Origin: Dehalococcoidia bacterium
GTDB taxonomy: Bacteria; Chloroflexota; Dehalococcoidia; UBA2979
Direction: 5' to 3'
NCBI GenBank assembly: GCA_965219085.1
Contig: OZ244720.1
Coordinates: forward strand, 960,001 to 1,024,000
DNA: 64,000 nt
The notes below the pieces were generated by a model. The model searched no databases and was not told the origin of the DNA. It saw only the letters and a list, made by a program, of their open reading frames with translations. Made by a program: the position numbers and the translations under genes. Shown one piece after another: positions 47,659 through 57,288 of this stretch (within the stretch, counting starts at the first letter, position 1; each line of letters begins with the position of its first letter).

Positions 47659-47874
47659 CTACAGGAGTCGGCGGATGGGTTTGCGGCCCGGCCGCGGGTC
47701 GTAGTTGGCCTTGAACATCTCGAGCTTGTCACGCTCGATGAGGTACTTGCCGGCGAAGAGGACGGCTGGGACGCGCTTCTGCTTGATGAGGCGTCGCAGG
47801 CTCTGGGGGTGAATGCCGAGTTCGCCGGCGGCCTCCACGAGGTCGAGGTAGTCATCGAAGGGGGAGTCGGGCAC
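47659..47874 (-). CDS. Small excisionase-like (HTH_17) DNA-binding protein
   Basis: YLDLVEAAGELGIHPQSLRRLIKQKRVPA...GKYLI; SD AGGAG. Confidence 0.85.
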   Translation of the reverse strand: MPDSPFDDYLDLVEAAGELGIHPQSLRRLIKQKRVPAVLFAGKYLIERDKLEMFKANYDPRPGRKPIRRLL

Positions 47875-47917
47875 GGATCACTCCTGTCGGCGCGGAAACT
47901 GTTCACGTGCGTACGCG

Positions 47918-47946
47918 ATGGTAGTTGCCAACACCGTTAGCGTAAA
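47918..47946 (-). promoter_or_regulatory. Promoter of the HTH_17 gene
   Basis: TTTACG-17 bp-TACCAT. Confidence 0.6.
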
Positions 47947-47969
47947 GCGCGTAGACAGTTCCGGGGGAG

Positions 47970-48395
47970 TCACGCCTGACGACTGCGGAGGGCGTCCCTG
48001 ATTGCGTCGACCGTCCGCACGCGCACCCGACTACCCCCACTCGACAGTACGATCAGCCGGACGTCATCACGCTCCATCACCGAGTGTTCGATCTCCGGCC
48101 ACCTGCGGACTATCGCTTGTGTTTGGCTGATGAGGGACGAAACTTCGCTCCCTCGGAATCGCATACGGATGACCTTCGCCCCCGCCAACATTGCGTTGTT
48201 GACGGCCAGCCACTCGCGTTCCTGGCGGTGAAGGTCGAGCGTGAGCAGTGCGTCGTAGTCCAGCGCACGCTGGACGACTTCCTCATCCGAGGCACCTGAC
48301 ATGCCGAGGTCGCTCACGTGGTCGGAGGGGTGGCCGAGAGCGGTCAGCACCCCTGCCAGTCCCCGGGCCACGGCCTCGTCGAGCAGGAGCCGCAC
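47970..48395 (-). CDS. DUF5615 (Mut7-C-like PIN) putative toxin
   Basis: LLLDEAV, HVSDLGMSGASDEEV, LLTLD. Confidence 0.8.
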   Translation of the reverse strand: MRLLLDEAVARGLAGVLTALGHPSDHVSDLGMSGASDEEVVQRALDYDALLTLDLHRQEREWLAVNNAMLAGAKVIRMRFRGSEVSSLISQTQAIVRRWPEIEHSVMERDDVRLIVLSSGGSRVRVRTVDAIRDALRSRQA

Positions 48396-48398
48396 AGC

Positions 48399-49103
48399 CT
48401 AAGCGGCGATCGCGATCTGGAATTCGAGCGCGCGCTCGACGCGCCGCGCGTCGAGCCCGAACCGCAGTGCGATCCCCTCAATGTCCAACTCACGGTCCCA
48501 AAGCGACGCCAGTAATCCGGTCTCAATCCGGGTTCCGCGCATCACGGGAACGCCACCCAGCACGTGCGGGTCCATGTCCACGGCGTCGCTGTACTCTGCT
48601 AGCACTCCCAATGGTCCCTCCGAATCGATCGCTTCGATCATGCGCGCCAGCGCATCAGCCTCGACCGTCGAAGCGCGCACGGTTGGGCGTTCGACTAGAT
48701 TGGCGGAGATCCACCGCCCCATTTCGCCCGCGTTGCATGCGAGGCCACGATCCGGCGAGAGCGCGATAGCGCCCTCGTCGCGAGCTACGACCGGAATCTC
48801 GTACCAGCGCGGCAGATGCGCTTCGAGCCAGTCGATGTTCGGGCGAATGTGTGCGTGGCTAAGTCCCATCCCGAGCAGCTTGACCGTCGCCCGCGCCCTT
48901 GAGTACTCGATCCACGAGTAGAGCCTACCGATGCCGCGACGCCCGGCAGCGGCCGCGGTCAAGAGACCGGTCGAGTGCCAGTAGCCAAGTTGCCGCGTCG
49001 TGGCGCCCGAGAGGCGCGATACCACACGCGAGGACAGCACTCCGCGCGTGAAAGGCTCGGCAGGCTCCGGGTTCCGCCAGTAGTAGGAGTGGTAGTAGCC
49101 CAC
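48399..49103 (-). CDS. MerR-type HTH plus DUF433 putative antitoxin
   Basis: VSRLSGATTRQLGYWHSTGLL...RLYSW (MerR); DPHVLGGVPVMRGTRI...VERALEF (DUF433); GTG 49103 after GGAG. Confidence 0.8.
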   Translation of the reverse strand: MGYYHSYYWRNPEPAEPFTRGVLSSRVVSRLSGATTRQLGYWHSTGLLTAAAAGRRGIGRLYSWIEYSRARATVKLLGMGLSHAHIRPNIDWLEAHLPRWYEIPVVARDEGAIALSPDRGLACNAGEMGRWISANLVERPTVRASTVEADALARMIEAIDSEGPLGVLAEYSDAVDMDPHVLGGVPVMRGTRIETGLLASLWDRELDIEGIALRFGLDARRVERALEFQIAIAA

Positions 49104-49164
49104 GAGATTGCTCCCGCCACGATGGTAGCCCGTCGCTCGACGAACCGCTAACAACAGGCGTAGA

Positions 49165-49190
49165 GAAGCCCCCGCCTGGGCGGGGGCTTC
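49165..49190 (-). terminator. Hairpin downstream of the acyl-CoA ligase genes
   Basis: GAAGCCCCCGCC-TG-GGCGGGGGCTTC; weak U-tract. Confidence 0.6.
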
Positions 49191-49225
49191 CATGCCTCGC
49201 GAGAGGTTCGATGCGGCGAGGCGGT

Positions 49226-50656
49226 CTAGCCGGCCTCCGCCACCCACTCGTGGTACTTGATCACCCGCGACAGCGCGAGCGCCGCACGGTCGAAGCTCGG
49301 GAAGACGGCGAAGCCGCGCGCGACCACCTGGTCGCGGATCGGGATCACCTCTTCGTCGATCGCGCCGGCGTGCATCACCGTCACCAACGGCAGGCCCGTC
49401 CGCTCGCGGAACCCGTCGAGTTGGTCGAGCATCTCTTCGAGGCGCTCCGGCTCGTCCGCCCACATCCGCGCGAAGAACCCCGCCGAGAACTCGAACACCA
49501 TCACGTCGATGTTGGGGTCCCCCGCCAGCGCGTCCATGATGCGCCCGAGGTTCGCCGCGTCGCCCGCCATGCCGATGGTGTTCGCCATGTCGAACGGGTT
49601 GCGGTACGAGCCACCGATGACGTTGAAGAACTCGCCGATGGCCTCGTAGGTCTCGTCCGAGAGCTCCGGCACCTCGAGGCCCTGCCGGCCGAAGGCGTCG
49701 GAGATCGCGACCGACTGACCGCCGGTCATCGCCATCAGCGCGAGCCGGCGGCCGCGCGGGGCGGTGGTGTGGACGAGCGCCTGCAGCACGTCGACCAGCT
49801 CGTCGACGGAGTTCGCGGGGATGGCGCCGGTCTGCGCCATCATCGCGTCCCACGTCGCCATGGGCGTCGCCAGCGAGGCGGTGTGCGAGCGCGTCGCGCG
49901 CTGGCCGGCGGCGGTCTGACCGCCCTTCCAGATCACGACGGGCTTTTTCGGAGTGGTCTCACGCAGCGCCTGGAAAAAGCGCCGGCCGTCCTTGAGGCCC
50001 TCAAGGTAGACGCCGATGACCTGCGTGTCGGGGTCGTCGCGCAGGTACTCGATGTAGTCCGCCTCGTTGACGACCACGGCGTTGCCGAAGGAGATGCCGC
50101 GGCTCACCTCGATGCCGACGCGCTGCGCCATCGTCGTCGCGCCGACGGTGTGCGTGCCGCTCTGGCCCATGATGGAGACGTTGCCGCCCTCGCCGTGGTC
50201 GACGCCGTCGCTGAACTTCACGCCCTGGCGGCGGTTGTACACGCCCATGCAGTTGGGCCCGACGATCGGCATGCCCGCGTCGTTGGCGAGCGCTACGATG
50301 CGGTCCTCGAGCTCAGCGGCCTCCTCCTCGCCGGTCTCGGCGAAGCCGGCCGAGAAGATCGCCATGCCGCCGACGTTCTTCTTGATCGAGTCCGCCACGA
50401 TGAACGGCACGATCGGGCGCGGCACCGCGCAGATCACGAGGTCGATGTCCTCGGGGACCTCCTCGAGCTTCAGGTAGTTGGTGAAGCCGCGCTTCTCGAT
50501 CTCGGTGATCTCGTTGGGGTCGACCTGTACCGAGTAGAGCGGGCCGATGAAGTTGCGGTTGTTCTCCAGCCAGCCGTAGTCCGGCGCCTTTGCGCCCACC
50601 ACCGCGACCGAGCGAGGGGTCAGCGTGCGGTGCAGCCGGTCGCGATCGACGGCCAT
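49226..50656 (-). CDS. NDP-forming acyl-CoA synthetase alpha subunit (CoA-binding)
   Basis: PRSVAVVGA, SAGFAE, GPNCMG, QSG, YLEG, RSHTASLA, NPFD. Confidence 0.9.
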   Translation of the reverse strand: MAVDRDRLHRTLTPRSVAVVGAKAPDYGWLENNRNFIGPLYSVQVDPNEITEIEKRGFTNYLKLEEVPEDIDLVICAVPRPIVPFIVADSIKKNVGGMAIFSAGFAETGEEEAAELEDRIVALANDAGMPIVGPNCMGVYNRRQGVKFSDGVDHGEGGNVSIMGQSGTHTVGATTMAQRVGIEVSRGISFGNAVVVNEADYIEYLRDDPDTQVIGVYLEGLKDGRRFFQALRETTPKKPVVIWKGGQTAAGQRATRSHTASLATPMATWDAMMAQTGAIPANSVDELVDVLQALVHTTAPRGRRLALMAMTGGQSVAISDAFGRQGLEVPELSDETYEAIGEFFNVIGGSYRNPFDMANTIGMAGDAANLGRIMDALAGDPNIDVMVFEFSAGFFARMWADEPERLEEMLDQLDGFRERTGLPLVTVMHAGAIDEEVIPIRDQVVARGFAVFPSFDRAALALSRVIKYHEWVAEAG

Positions 50657-50660
50657 GGCG

Positions 50661-51362
50661 CTACTCCTCCGCCAGCACGACGCGCGCGTCGACGGCGATG
50701 GCGCCGTCGGGGTACGCGAACACGGGGTTGAGGTCGAGCTCGGCGACCTCCGGGTGCTCCTCGGCGAACGCCGAGACCTGGAGGATCATCGCCTCGAGTG
50801 CGTCGAGGTCGGCGCCGGGCTGGCCGCGCACACCATCGAGCACCGGGAAGCCGCGAATCTCGCGCACGACCTGGCGCGCGTCGCGTGACTCCAGCGGCAC
50901 GATGCGGAACGCCACGTCCTTCAGCACCTCGACCATGATGCCGCCGAGGCCGAAGGCCAGGACGGGGCCGAACTGCGGGTCGGTGGTGGTGCCGATGATG
51001 ACCTCGGTGCCCTGCGCCGCCATCTGCTGGACCGAGACGCCGTCGACGCTCGAGCCGGGGGCGTTCGCCGCGACGGCGCTCATCATGCGGTCGTAGGCGG
51101 CGCGGACTCCGTCACCGTCGCCGAGGTTCAGCTCGACGCCGCCGACGTCGGACTTGTGGGCGATGTCGCCTGAGACGACCTTCAGGACCGCCGGGTAGCC
51201 GATGTCATCGGCGGCGGCCACGGCGTCGTCAGCGCTCGTGGCGAGGCGAGCCTGCGTTACGTTGATCCCGGCATCGTGCAGCAGTTGCTTGGACTCGACC
51301 TCGGTCAGCAGCGTGCGCCCGGCGGCACGCGCGGCCGCGATCGGCCCGTTCCCGTCGCTCAT
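50661..51362 (-). CDS. NDP-forming acyl-CoA synthetase beta subunit (ATP-grasp)
   Basis: LTEVESKQLL, HKSDVGGV, DPQFGP, ELDLNPV, AVDARV. Confidence 0.92.
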   Translation of the reverse strand: MSDGNGPIAAARAAGRTLLTEVESKQLLHDAGINVTQARLATSADDAVAAADDIGYPAVLKVVSGDIAHKSDVGGVELNLGDGDGVRAAYDRMMSAVAANAPGSSVDGVSVQQMAAQGTEVIIGTTTDPQFGPVLAFGLGGIMVEVLKDVAFRIVPLESRDARQVVREIRGFPVLDGVRGQPGADLDALEAMILQVSAFAEEHPEVAELDLNPVFAYPDGAIAVDARVVLAEE

Positions 51363-51526
51363 CTTGAAGGGGTCTCCTCGCTCCTGCCCCGCAGGGTCGC
51401 GAGGCGCGCGGATCATACAGCACGTCGACGGAACGCGCGGCAGCGCGAATCGCTTCCAGCGAGGGGCGATCGCGGCGTCCCCCCGCGTGCGTTGCGCGGG
51501 GATGCACAGCGCCGGACGATGGGGCC

Positions 51527-52258
51527 ATGGGCCTGCGACGCCGCTTCGCCGCCTTCCGCGACCGCCTCGGGGCTCCGCCCGCCCGGCAGGACGAGGCGAC
51601 CTCCGGGGACGCCTCGGACGACACTGCCGAGTCGCGGCGGCCGCGGCTCATCGTCGGGCTCGGCAATCCCGGCCCCGACTACGAGGGCACGCGTCACAAC
51701 GTCGGCATGTGGACCATCCAGCGGCTCGCCGAGCGGCACGGCGCGACCCTCGCGCGCGACAAGCGCGTGTGGCGCGCCACCATCGAGGTGGGCGGCCGCC
51801 CGCTCCACCTCGCAGCACCGCGCAGCTGGTACAACGAGAGCGGCCCCGCCGTCGCCGCCGAGCTGCGGCGCCTGCGGCTCGCGCGCACCCGGCTGCTCGT
51901 CATCCACGACGACATCGACATGGCGCTCGCGCGCGTCCGCATGCGACCGCACGGTGGTCACGGCGGCAACAACGGCATGCGCTCGATCCTCGACGCGCTC
52001 GGCGGAGGCGACTTCCCGCGCATCCGCATCGGCATCGACCGCCCCTACGACCCCGATCCCGACGACCCGGACGGCGCGCTCAGCCGCGGCCGGCCCGTGC
52101 GCGACCCGGACCGCGTCGCCGGCTGGGTGCTGTCGCGCCCGGACCGCGAGGAGCGCGCGTCCCTCGACGCCGCGATCACCGACGTAGCCGACGCCGTGGA
52201 ACTCGCCGCCCGCGAGGGGATCGAGGCGGCGATGAACCGGCTCAACCGCCGCGAGTAG
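51527..52258 (+). CDS. pth: Peptidyl-tRNA hydrolase
   Basis: IVGLGNPG, TRHNVG, NESG, HDDID, RIRIGIDRP. Confidence 0.9.
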   Translation: MGLRRRFAAFRDRLGAPPARQDEATSGDASDDTAESRRPRLIVGLGNPGPDYEGTRHNVGMWTIQRLAERHGATLARDKRVWRATIEVGGRPLHLAAPRSWYNESGPAVAAELRRLRLARTRLLVIHDDIDMALARVRMRPHGGHGGNNGMRSILDALGGGDFPRIRIGIDRPYDPDPDDPDGALSRGRPVRDPDRVAGWVLSRPDREERASLDAAITDVADAVELAAREGIEAAMNRLNRRE

Positions 52259-52392
52259 CAGACGGGCCCTCGTCCCTCACGAGCGCCGCGCTACACTGGT
52301 TCGGCGAACGGTCGCGTCCGCAGGGGACTCCCGAGGGGAGCGCCCCTGCTTCGGCGTGCCCCCTGCTGCGACAACCGCGCGAGGAGCCCACC

Positions 52393-55300
52393 CTGCAGCT
52401 CGCCCCCCTGCTCGGCAGCCTTGACCGCGTCGAGCCACTCGCGGAGTCCGCGGCCCACCTCGGCGCGGGCGGGCGCGCCACGATCGGCGTGCTCGACGCC
52501 GCGAAGTCCACCGTCGCCGCGTGGCTGTGGCGCAGGCTGCGCACGCCCACCCTGCTCGTCGTGCCGCGCGAGAACGACGCCGACGCGGCCCTCGACGCCC
52601 TGCGGGCGTGGGCCGGCGAGGCGGCCGTCGTGTTCCCGGCCCGCACGGGTCTCCCTTACGCGCGCGAGGATCCGCCGACCGCGGTCACGCAGCGCCGCCT
52701 CGACGTGCTCGCGCGGCTCGCCCGCGCGGGCGGCGGCGGCGCCCCGCCGCTCGTGGTCGCCTCGGCCGCTGCCGTCACCGGCCCGACCGCCCGTCCCGCC
52801 GACCTCGGCGCCGGTCCGGCACGCGTCGCTGTCGGCGACCGCGTCACCATCGAGGACCTTGCCGCGCGCCTCGTCGACGCCGGGTACGAGCTCGGCCCGC
52901 TCGTCGAGCAGCCGGGGCAGGCCGCGCGGCGCGGCGGCCTCGTCGACGCCTTCCCGCCGACCGAGCCGGCGCCGGTGCGCATCGAACTCTTCGGCGACGA
53001 GGTGGAGTCGATTCGCCGCTTCGACCCCGAGACGCAACGCACCGTCGAACGCATCGACGCCGTGCGCATCGGCCCCGCCAGCGAGTGGTTCCCGAGCCGC
53101 GACGCGCTCGCCGACCTCGCGGGCCATCTCGCACCCGGGCGGCGCGCCGCCCTCGACGACCTCGCGGCGGAGGAGCTCGCGGCCCTCCGGCGCGGCGAGC
53201 TGCCCACGCCCGCCCGCTACGGACCGCTCGCCGCCGCGGCGACTCTGCTCGACCACCTCGGGCCGGGCGCGCTCGTGGTCGTCGACGAGCCGGACGCGGT
53301 CTACGCCGCCGCGGCGGAGCAGGACGCGCTCGCCGCCGAGCGGCGCGACCAGCTCGTCGCCGTGCATGACCTCGGGCCCGAGGCCCCACTCCCGCACCTC
53401 GAGGAGCAGGCGCTGACCCGCGAGCTCGATCAGCGCGCGCCGCGCGCCGACCTCGAACGCTGGGCGACGGGCCGCGAGCGCGACGGCTACCGCGTCCCGT
53501 TCGCCCCGCACGACGCCTACGCGGGACGCCTCCAGTCCGCCGCCCGCGAGCTCGTGCGGAGCGTCCCGCGCGGCGACCGCATCGTCGTGCTCACGCAGCA
53601 GGCGCAGCGCTTCGGCGAGCTGCTGGCCGAGGAAGGCCTCGACGCGTCGGTCCTTGACCGCCTCGACGCGCCGCCCGTAGCGGGCTCGCTGTCGCTGGTG
53701 CAGGGCTCGCTGCCGGGCGGGTGGCGGATCGAGACGCCTGAGGGGCGCGTCTCGCTCGCCACCGACGCCGAGCTGATGGGCTTCGTGCGCAAGCGCCGCG
53801 CGCTGCGGCAGTCGGCGTCGCACCGCGCGCAGTTCCTCGCGGAGGTGTCGCCGGGCGACTTCTGCGTCCACTCCGAGCACGGCATCGCGCGGTTCGCGGG
53901 CATCGTGCGCCGCAACGTGGGCGACGAGCAGCGCGACTACATCCAGCTCAACTACGCTGGCGACGACCGGCTCTACGTGCCGATCGAGCAGGTCGACCGG
54001 GTCTCGCGTTATGTAGCTTCCTCGGGGCACATCCCCCGGCTCACGCGGCTCGGCACGCAGGAATGGGCGCGCACGCGCGCGCGGGTGCGCGCGGCGGTGG
54101 GCGACGTCGCCGCCGACCTGCTGCGTCTCTACGCCGCGCGCCAGTTGCTGCGCGGCCACGCGTTCGGCGCCGACACCGAGTGGCAGGGCGAGATGGAGGC
54201 GGCGTTCCCGTACGAGGAGACCGCGGACCAGCTCAGCGCGATCACCGCGGTCAAGGCGGACATGGAGGCCGTACGGCCGATGGACCGCATCGTCCTCGGC
54301 GACGTGGGGTTCGGGAAGACCGAGGTTGCCGTGCGCGCCGCCTTCAAGGCCGTCCAGGAGGGCTACCAGGTCGCCGTGCTGGTCCCCACCACCGTGCTCG
54401 CGCAGCAGCACGAGCGCACGTTCCGGGAACGTCTCGCGCCGTTCCCGGTGCGCATCGAGGTGCTCTCGCGCTTCCGCACGGACGCCGAGGCGCGCGAGGT
54501 CGCAGCGGGCATGCGCTCGGGCGAGGTCGACATCGTGATCGGCACGCACCGGCTGCTGCAGGCGGGCATCGAGTTCTCGAACCTCGGGCTCGTCGTCATC
54601 GACGAGGAGCAACGCTTCGGCGTGGCGCACAAGGAGCGGCTCAAGCGCATGCGCCTGGAGGTCGACGTGCTCACGCTGTCGGCAACGCCGATCCCTCGCA
54701 CGCTGCACATGTCGCTGGCCGGCATCCGCGACATGTCGCCGATGGACACCGCGCCCGAGGACCGCCTGCCGGTGCAGACCTTCGTCGCCGAGTGGGACGA
54801 CGCGCTGGTGCGCGACGCAATCCTCAACGAGCTCGAGCGCGGCGGGCAGATCTACCTCGTGCACAACCGCGTGCACACCATCGACCGCGTCGCCGAGCAG
54901 GTGCGCGCGCTGGCGCCCGAGGCGCGCGTCATCGTCGGCCACGGGCAGATGCCGAAGGCCGTGCTGCGACGGGTCATGGAGCGCTTCTCGGCCGGCGAGG
55001 CCGACGTGCTGGTCTGCACGACGATCATCGAGTCGGGTATCGACATCCCGAACGTGAACACGCTGATCGTCGACCGCGCCGAGCTGCTCGGGATGGCGCA
55101 GCTCTACCAGCTTCGGGGGCGCGTCGGGCGTGGGGCGCAGCAGGCGCACGCCTACCTGCTGCACCGCCGCGACCGCGTGCTCAGCGAGGTCCAGCAGCAG
55201 CGCCTCGCGACCATCTTCGAGGCGACCGAGCTGGGCGCGGGCTTCCAGGTGGCGCTGCGCGACCTCGAGATCCGCGGCGCGGGCAACCTGCTCGGCGCGG

Positions 55301-55887
55301 AGCAGAGCGGGCAGATCGCCTCGGTGGGCTTCGACCTCTACACGCAGATGCTCGCCGAGGCCGTCGCCGCGCAGCGCGCGGCGCACGACGGCGAGCAGCC
55401 CGCGGCCCCGCCGCCGCCCGTCTCCGTCGACCTGCCCGTGACCGCGTACATCCCGGAGCCGTACATGGAGGACATCGAGGCGCGCGTGGCGCTGTACCAG
55501 CGCATCGCCGGCCTGCGCACGCTCGACGCCGTCGCGGACCTGCGCGGGGAGGTCGAGGACCGCTTCGGCGCGCCGCCGCACGCGCTCGACCAGTTGCTCG
55601 GGCTCGTGCGCATCCGCCTCGCGGCAGGCGGCGCGCGCGTCACGGCCGTGCGGGCCGAGGGCGACGTGATCGTCATCGGGGCGGCCGAGGACAGCCCGTT
55701 CAGCCGTCGCAGCCTGCCCGCGCTGCCCGCCGCGATCGAGGTCGGCCGCACGCAACTGCGCGTGACCCGCGACCGCCTCGGCGAGGACTGGCTGCACGCG
55801 ATCGAGCTGCTGCTGCGCCTGCTCGCCACCTCGCAACCGGCCGCAGTTGCGGCGCGCGAGCCCGCCACCGCCGCGAGGAGTGCATGA
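52393..55887 (+). CDS. mfd: Transcription-repair coupling factor (probable CTG start)
   Basis: RGGLVDAF, RIELFGDEVESIR, HGIARF (CarD-like), GDVGFGKTEVA, DEEQRFG, QLRGRVGR, DLEIRGAGNLLG. Confidence 0.95.
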   Translation: MQLAPLLGSLDRVEPLAESAAHLGAGGRATIGVLDAAKSTVAAWLWRRLRTPTLLVVPRENDADAALDALRAWAGEAAVVFPARTGLPYAREDPPTAVTQRRLDVLARLARAGGGGAPPLVVASAAAVTGPTARPADLGAGPARVAVGDRVTIEDLAARLVDAGYELGPLVEQPGQAARRGGLVDAFPPTEPAPVRIELFGDEVESIRRFDPETQRTVERIDAVRIGPASEWFPSRDALADLAGHLAPGRRAALDDLAAEELAALRRGELPTPARYGPLAAAATLLDHLGPGALVVVDEPDAVYAAAAEQDALAAERRDQLVAVHDLGPEAPLPHLEEQALTRELDQRAPRADLERWATGRERDGYRVPFAPHDAYAGRLQSAARELVRSVPRGDRIVVLTQQAQRFGELLAEEGLDASVLDRLDAPPVAGSLSLVQGSLPGGWRIETPEGRVSLATDAELMGFVRKRRALRQSASHRAQFLAEVSPGDFCVHSEHGIARFAGIVRRNVGDEQRDYIQLNYAGDDRLYVPIEQVDRVSRYVASSGHIPRLTRLGTQEWARTRARVRAAVGDVAADLLRLYAARQLLRGHAFGADTEWQGEMEAAFPYEETADQLSAITAVKADMEAVRPMDRIVLGDVGFGKTEVAVRAAFKAVQEGYQVAVLVPTTVLAQQHERTFRERLAPFPVRIEVLSRFRTDAEAREVAAGMRSGEVDIVIGTHRLLQAGIEFSNLGLVVIDEEQRFGVAHKERLKRMRLEVDVLTLSATPIPRTLHMSLAGIRDMSPMDTAPEDRLPVQTFVAEWDDALVRDAILNELERGGQIYLVHNRVHTIDRVAEQVRALAPEARVIVGHGQMPKAVLRRVMERFSAGEADVLVCTTIIESGIDIPNVNTLIVDRAELLGMAQLYQLRGRVGRGAQQAHAYLLHRRDRVLSEVQQQRLATIFEATELGAGFQVALRDLEIRGAGNLLGAEQSGQIASVGFDLYTQMLAEAVAAQRAAHDGEQPAAPPPPVSVDLPVTAYIPEPYMEDIEARVALYQRIAGLRTLDAVADLRGEVEDRFGAPPHALDQLLGLVRIRLAAGGARVTAVRAEGDVIVIGAAEDSPFSRRSLPALPAAIEVGRTQLRVTRDRLGEDWLHAIELLLRLLATSQPAAVAAREPATAARSA

Positions 55888-56345
55888 GCGCCGTCGAGCT
55901 GCGGTTGGTGGCCGCGAGCGAGCGGACGGACTTCCTCGACATGCTCGCCGACTACCTCGTCGAACTCGACGCGTACGAACTGCCGTGGGATCCGGCGCCA
56001 ACGGCCGAGGCATACGCGCTCGCGTTCGAGGACGACCCCGACGGGCAGCGCATCGAGTGGATCGTCGCGGACGGCGAGCACGCCGGGTTCCTGATCTCGC
56101 GCGTCGTGCCCGACTGGCCCGAGGAGGACCGCGACGTCGGCGAGGTCATGGAGTGCTACGTCGCGCCACCGTTCCGCCGTCGCGGCGTGGGCCGCACGGC
56201 CGTCGAGGCGTGGCTCACGCGCCAGCGGGCGGACGGGGTGACGGTACTGGAGGCGTCGGTGCTGTCGCGCAACGCGCCCGCGCTGGCGTTCTGGGAGCGC
56301 ATGGGCTTCGAGGTGCGCGCCGTCCAGACGGTACGTCGGCCGTGA
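55884..56345 (+). CDS. GNAT-family acetyltransferase
   Basis: YVAPPFRRRGVG, NAPALAFWERMGF; ATGA overlap with mfd. Confidence 0.88.
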   Translation: MSAVELRLVAASERTDFLDMLADYLVELDAYELPWDPAPTAEAYALAFEDDPDGQRIEWIVADGEHAGFLISRVVPDWPEEDRDVGEVMECYVAPPFRRRGVGRTAVEAWLTRQRADGVTVLEASVLSRNAPALAFWERMGFEVRAVQTVRRP

Positions 56346-56373
56346 GCTACCCTCGAACGACCGCGTTCGAGGC

Positions 56374-57288
56374 ATGTCGAGGGGGCTGCGCACGGTGATC
56401 TGGGACGTCCACTGCCACTTCCCGCGCGACTGGGAGCACCCCGAGAACAACGACCATACGCAGGCAGTCGACAGCCGCGCCGACGCGCTGCGCGCGGCCG
56501 GTGTCGTGCGCGCCTCGGTGCTGTCGGGCGGGCGTCCGGAGTTCGGCCCCTCGTACGAGGAGGCGCTGGAGTACCTGCGCCGCCACGAGGACCTGATGGT
56601 GCCGGTCGCCTTCCTCGCCGTGGACGAGACGGCGCGCGGCGAGGTGACGCGGCTGCACGGGCTCGGCTATCGCGGCCTCAAGATCATCGGCGCGCGCCTT
56701 CCCTACGACGACTACCGCTACTTCCACATGTACCAGGAGGCCGAGGACGCCCGCATGCCGATCCTGTTCCACTGTGGCGTCATCGGCGGCGGCATCGACT
56801 ACTCGATCACCCACCCCCGGCGCGACCCCGAAGCCGCCGCGAACCTCGTGCAATGGCGTGAGTTCCGCGGGCGCATGCCGCGCGACGTCTCGGCGATGCG
56901 CATGCGGCCGTTCCACCTCGACACGATCGCGAACAACTTCCCCGATCTGCCGATCATCGGCGCGCACATGGGCGGCACGGGCAACTACGACGAGGCCTCC
57001 TCGGTCGCCCGCTGGCGGCACAATGTCGTGTTCGACCTCTCCGGCGGCGACACCATCGAGCGCCACGCCTACGAGCGCGGCCTGATCGGCAAGGAGATCG
57101 GCGTCGAGAAGCTCGTGTGGGGCTCCGACTGCGGCGACGCCGAGATCGGCGAGCACGTCGACCGCCTGCGCGACATCATGGCGAAGCTCGAACTGACCGA
57201 GGAGGAAGCGGACCGCATCTGGTACCGCAACGCCGCCGAGATGTTCGGCGAAGCGGAACCCCAGCTCGCGTCGCTGCCGGTGAAGTGA
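56374..57288 (+). CDS. Amidohydrolase_2 family metal-dependent hydrolase
   Basis: DVHCH, RGLK, LFHCG, GAHMG, WGSD. Confidence 0.88.
   Translation: MSRGLRTVIWDVHCHFPRDWEHPENNDHTQAVDSRADALRAAGVVRASVLSGGRPEFGPSYEEALEYLRRHEDLMVPVAFLAVDETARGEVTRLHGLGYRGLKIIGARLPYDDYRYFHMYQEAEDARMPILFHCGVIGGGIDYSITHPRRDPEAAANLVQWREFRGRMPRDVSAMRMRPFHLDTIANNFPDLPIIGAHMGGTGNYDEASSVARWRHNVVFDLSGGDTIERHAYERGLIGKEIGVEKLVWGSDCGDAEIGEHVDRLRDIMAKLELTEEEADRIWYRNAAEMFGEAEPQLASLPVK

Noticed and set aside
47659-49103. Prophage or integrative element (Xis-like gene plus TA pair)
   Set aside because: No integrase, structural genes or att repeats are visible.
49104-49853. 484-aa version of the DUF433 ORF
   Set aside because: The upstream part overlaps the acyl-CoA ligase gene in another frame and crosses a terminator; GTG 49103 has its own SD and -10.
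51202-52392. N-terminal extension making Mfd 1561 aa, or a Pth-Mfd fusion
   Set aside because: The extension is a stop-free, Arg/Pro-rich alternate frame over pth; pth has its own stop at 52258.
52291-56013. Long antisense and alternate-frame ORFs (e.g. 1240 aa opposite mfd; also 13411-15531, 17510-19279, 28547-30166, 58920-60521)
   Set aside because: Shadow ORFs expected from high GC3 codon bias; they overlap well-supported genes and lack recognisable motifs.
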